A model generated the notes under the pieces. That model saw nothing but the letters and a program-made list of their open reading frames with translations, had not been told where the DNA came from and did not search any database. From an uncultured Alphaproteobacteria bacterium (lineage in GTDB: Bacteria > Pseudomonadota > Alphaproteobacteria > Rs-D84): a stretch of 47,307 nucleotides of DNA. Location: contig CAJOHU010000003.1 of NCBI GenBank assembly GCA_905234465.1, positions 1 to 47,307 on the forward strand. The letters run 5' to 3'. The position numbers and the translations under genes are program-made. The first letter of the stretch is position 1, and the number at the start of each line of letters is the position of its first letter. Below are positions 46,364-47,307 of this stretch, piece after piece.

Positions 46364-47307
46364 TCAATTCCCCACCGCCGGGCCATCGGCAAATGTACCA
46401 TTGCACGCATTTGGGAAGAACTGGCCAGATACGGTATCATACATACCGATAATATTGGAACTATTCTTGGCCGGGACAAGATTTAATTTCAAACTGTTAT
46501 CAGCACTACGCACAACAAAACTGCTTACTTGTATGTTTGAACCAACAAAAGTTTGCCCATCAGCAGAATACCGCCCAAATAATGTAATTGGGGTGCTTTG
46601 CATTGTTCCGGCATAAGACGGGGTTAAAATCGTTGTTCCGTTGACTTTGAAATTGTTGGCATACAATTCAATATTCAGATCTTGATTAAGTATACTTTCC
46701 GCCCTAGTGTACACGGAACTAAGGGAACTAAAACGAACATACCATGATGGATTACCGCTATTCTGATAATACAATTCAAGCCACATGCCGCCAAGAGTTT
46801 GGTCAAAATTTTGAACACCAAAAAAGAAATTGTCCGCCGGCGACGAAGCAACACTCAGCACTTTAAGCGATGTTTCAATTTTATCCGTTGGGTTAATTTG
46901 ATAGCCCGTATTGATACACTGCGTCCCCGAACTTCTGATCCATTCCAACTGGGTATAACCGGGTGGTAAAACACCAATGGCATATAAATCAGTATTGATT
47001 TCCCATAATGTCCCATTATCACTTGGGTTGCCATTTATTTACCGCGTTTGTGACACCGGTGTTAACTGTTTCCGCGGTGACAAGTGAATTGCTGTACACC
47101 GCCGTTCCATAAATTGCGCGTTCACCAACCGAACCGGCGGTGCCTGTACCCGTCATTACATAACCCGCCGTGCCAGTAATTGTGTCTTGTTTTCCGTTCA
47201 AACCCGTCTTAACCGCACCAACCGTCGGTACACTGGTGGCACCTGAACCAAGTTTTGCCGCAATGGTTTTTTCACCAATACCGGTTTCATCATCATATAT
47301 CATAAGT
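46364..47307 (-). pseudogene. Frameshifted, 5'-truncated paralogue of the gene at 2-1051
   Basis: 5' block in one frame (...VTNAVN) and 3' domain (NGNPSDNGTLWEINTD...GYTQLEW...GPAVGN) in another; 23 nt are missing at ~47036 relative to the left copy. Confidence 0.75.

Noticed and set aside
46364-47307. Programmed ribosomal frameshift joining the two frames
   Set aside because: Alignment to the left copy shows missing sequence (23 nt), not a slippery site with intact coding information.

Overview
A 47.3-kb chromosomal segment of an AT-rich alphaproteobacterium (inferred from gene content: rpoH, alpha-type sspB, lptF-lptD-surA, yfgM-bamB-der, virD4). The backbone is housekeeping: a MacAB-TolC-type exporter, tRNA-Cys, recF, sspB, tRNA-Val, rlmN, surA, lptD, lptF, nusA, infB, der, rpoH, a porin, rluB-like, rsmE, virD4, VIT1, fabZ and lpxD. 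The main finding is a ~14.6-kb integrative element (17623-32273) inserted into the anticodon loop of the host tRNA-Arg(UCU) gene. It does not restore that gene. The 3' half lies at 17587-17633 and the 5' half at 32263-32302, sharing only an 11-bp core. The element instead carries its own complete, divergent tRNA-Arg(UCU) (31982-32058), co-oriented just downstream of the host tRNA promoter and lacking the att core. The element looks like a phage satellite: tyrosine integrase, Xis/AlpA-like HTH, replication-initiator-like gene with iterons, cos-like site plus Nu1/TerS-like gene, and no virion genes. Its cargo is defence-like: an ABC ATPase + PD-(D/E)xK pair, a three-gene RM-like module and a GNAT toxin-like gene. 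Both window ends lie in inward-pointing paralogues of a modular fibre/adhesin-like gene family (the right one frameshifted). Two more family members sit at 32380-33543, behind a strikingly symmetric palindrome array and an orphan accC 3' fragment. All calls come from reading motifs by eye; no database searches were run.
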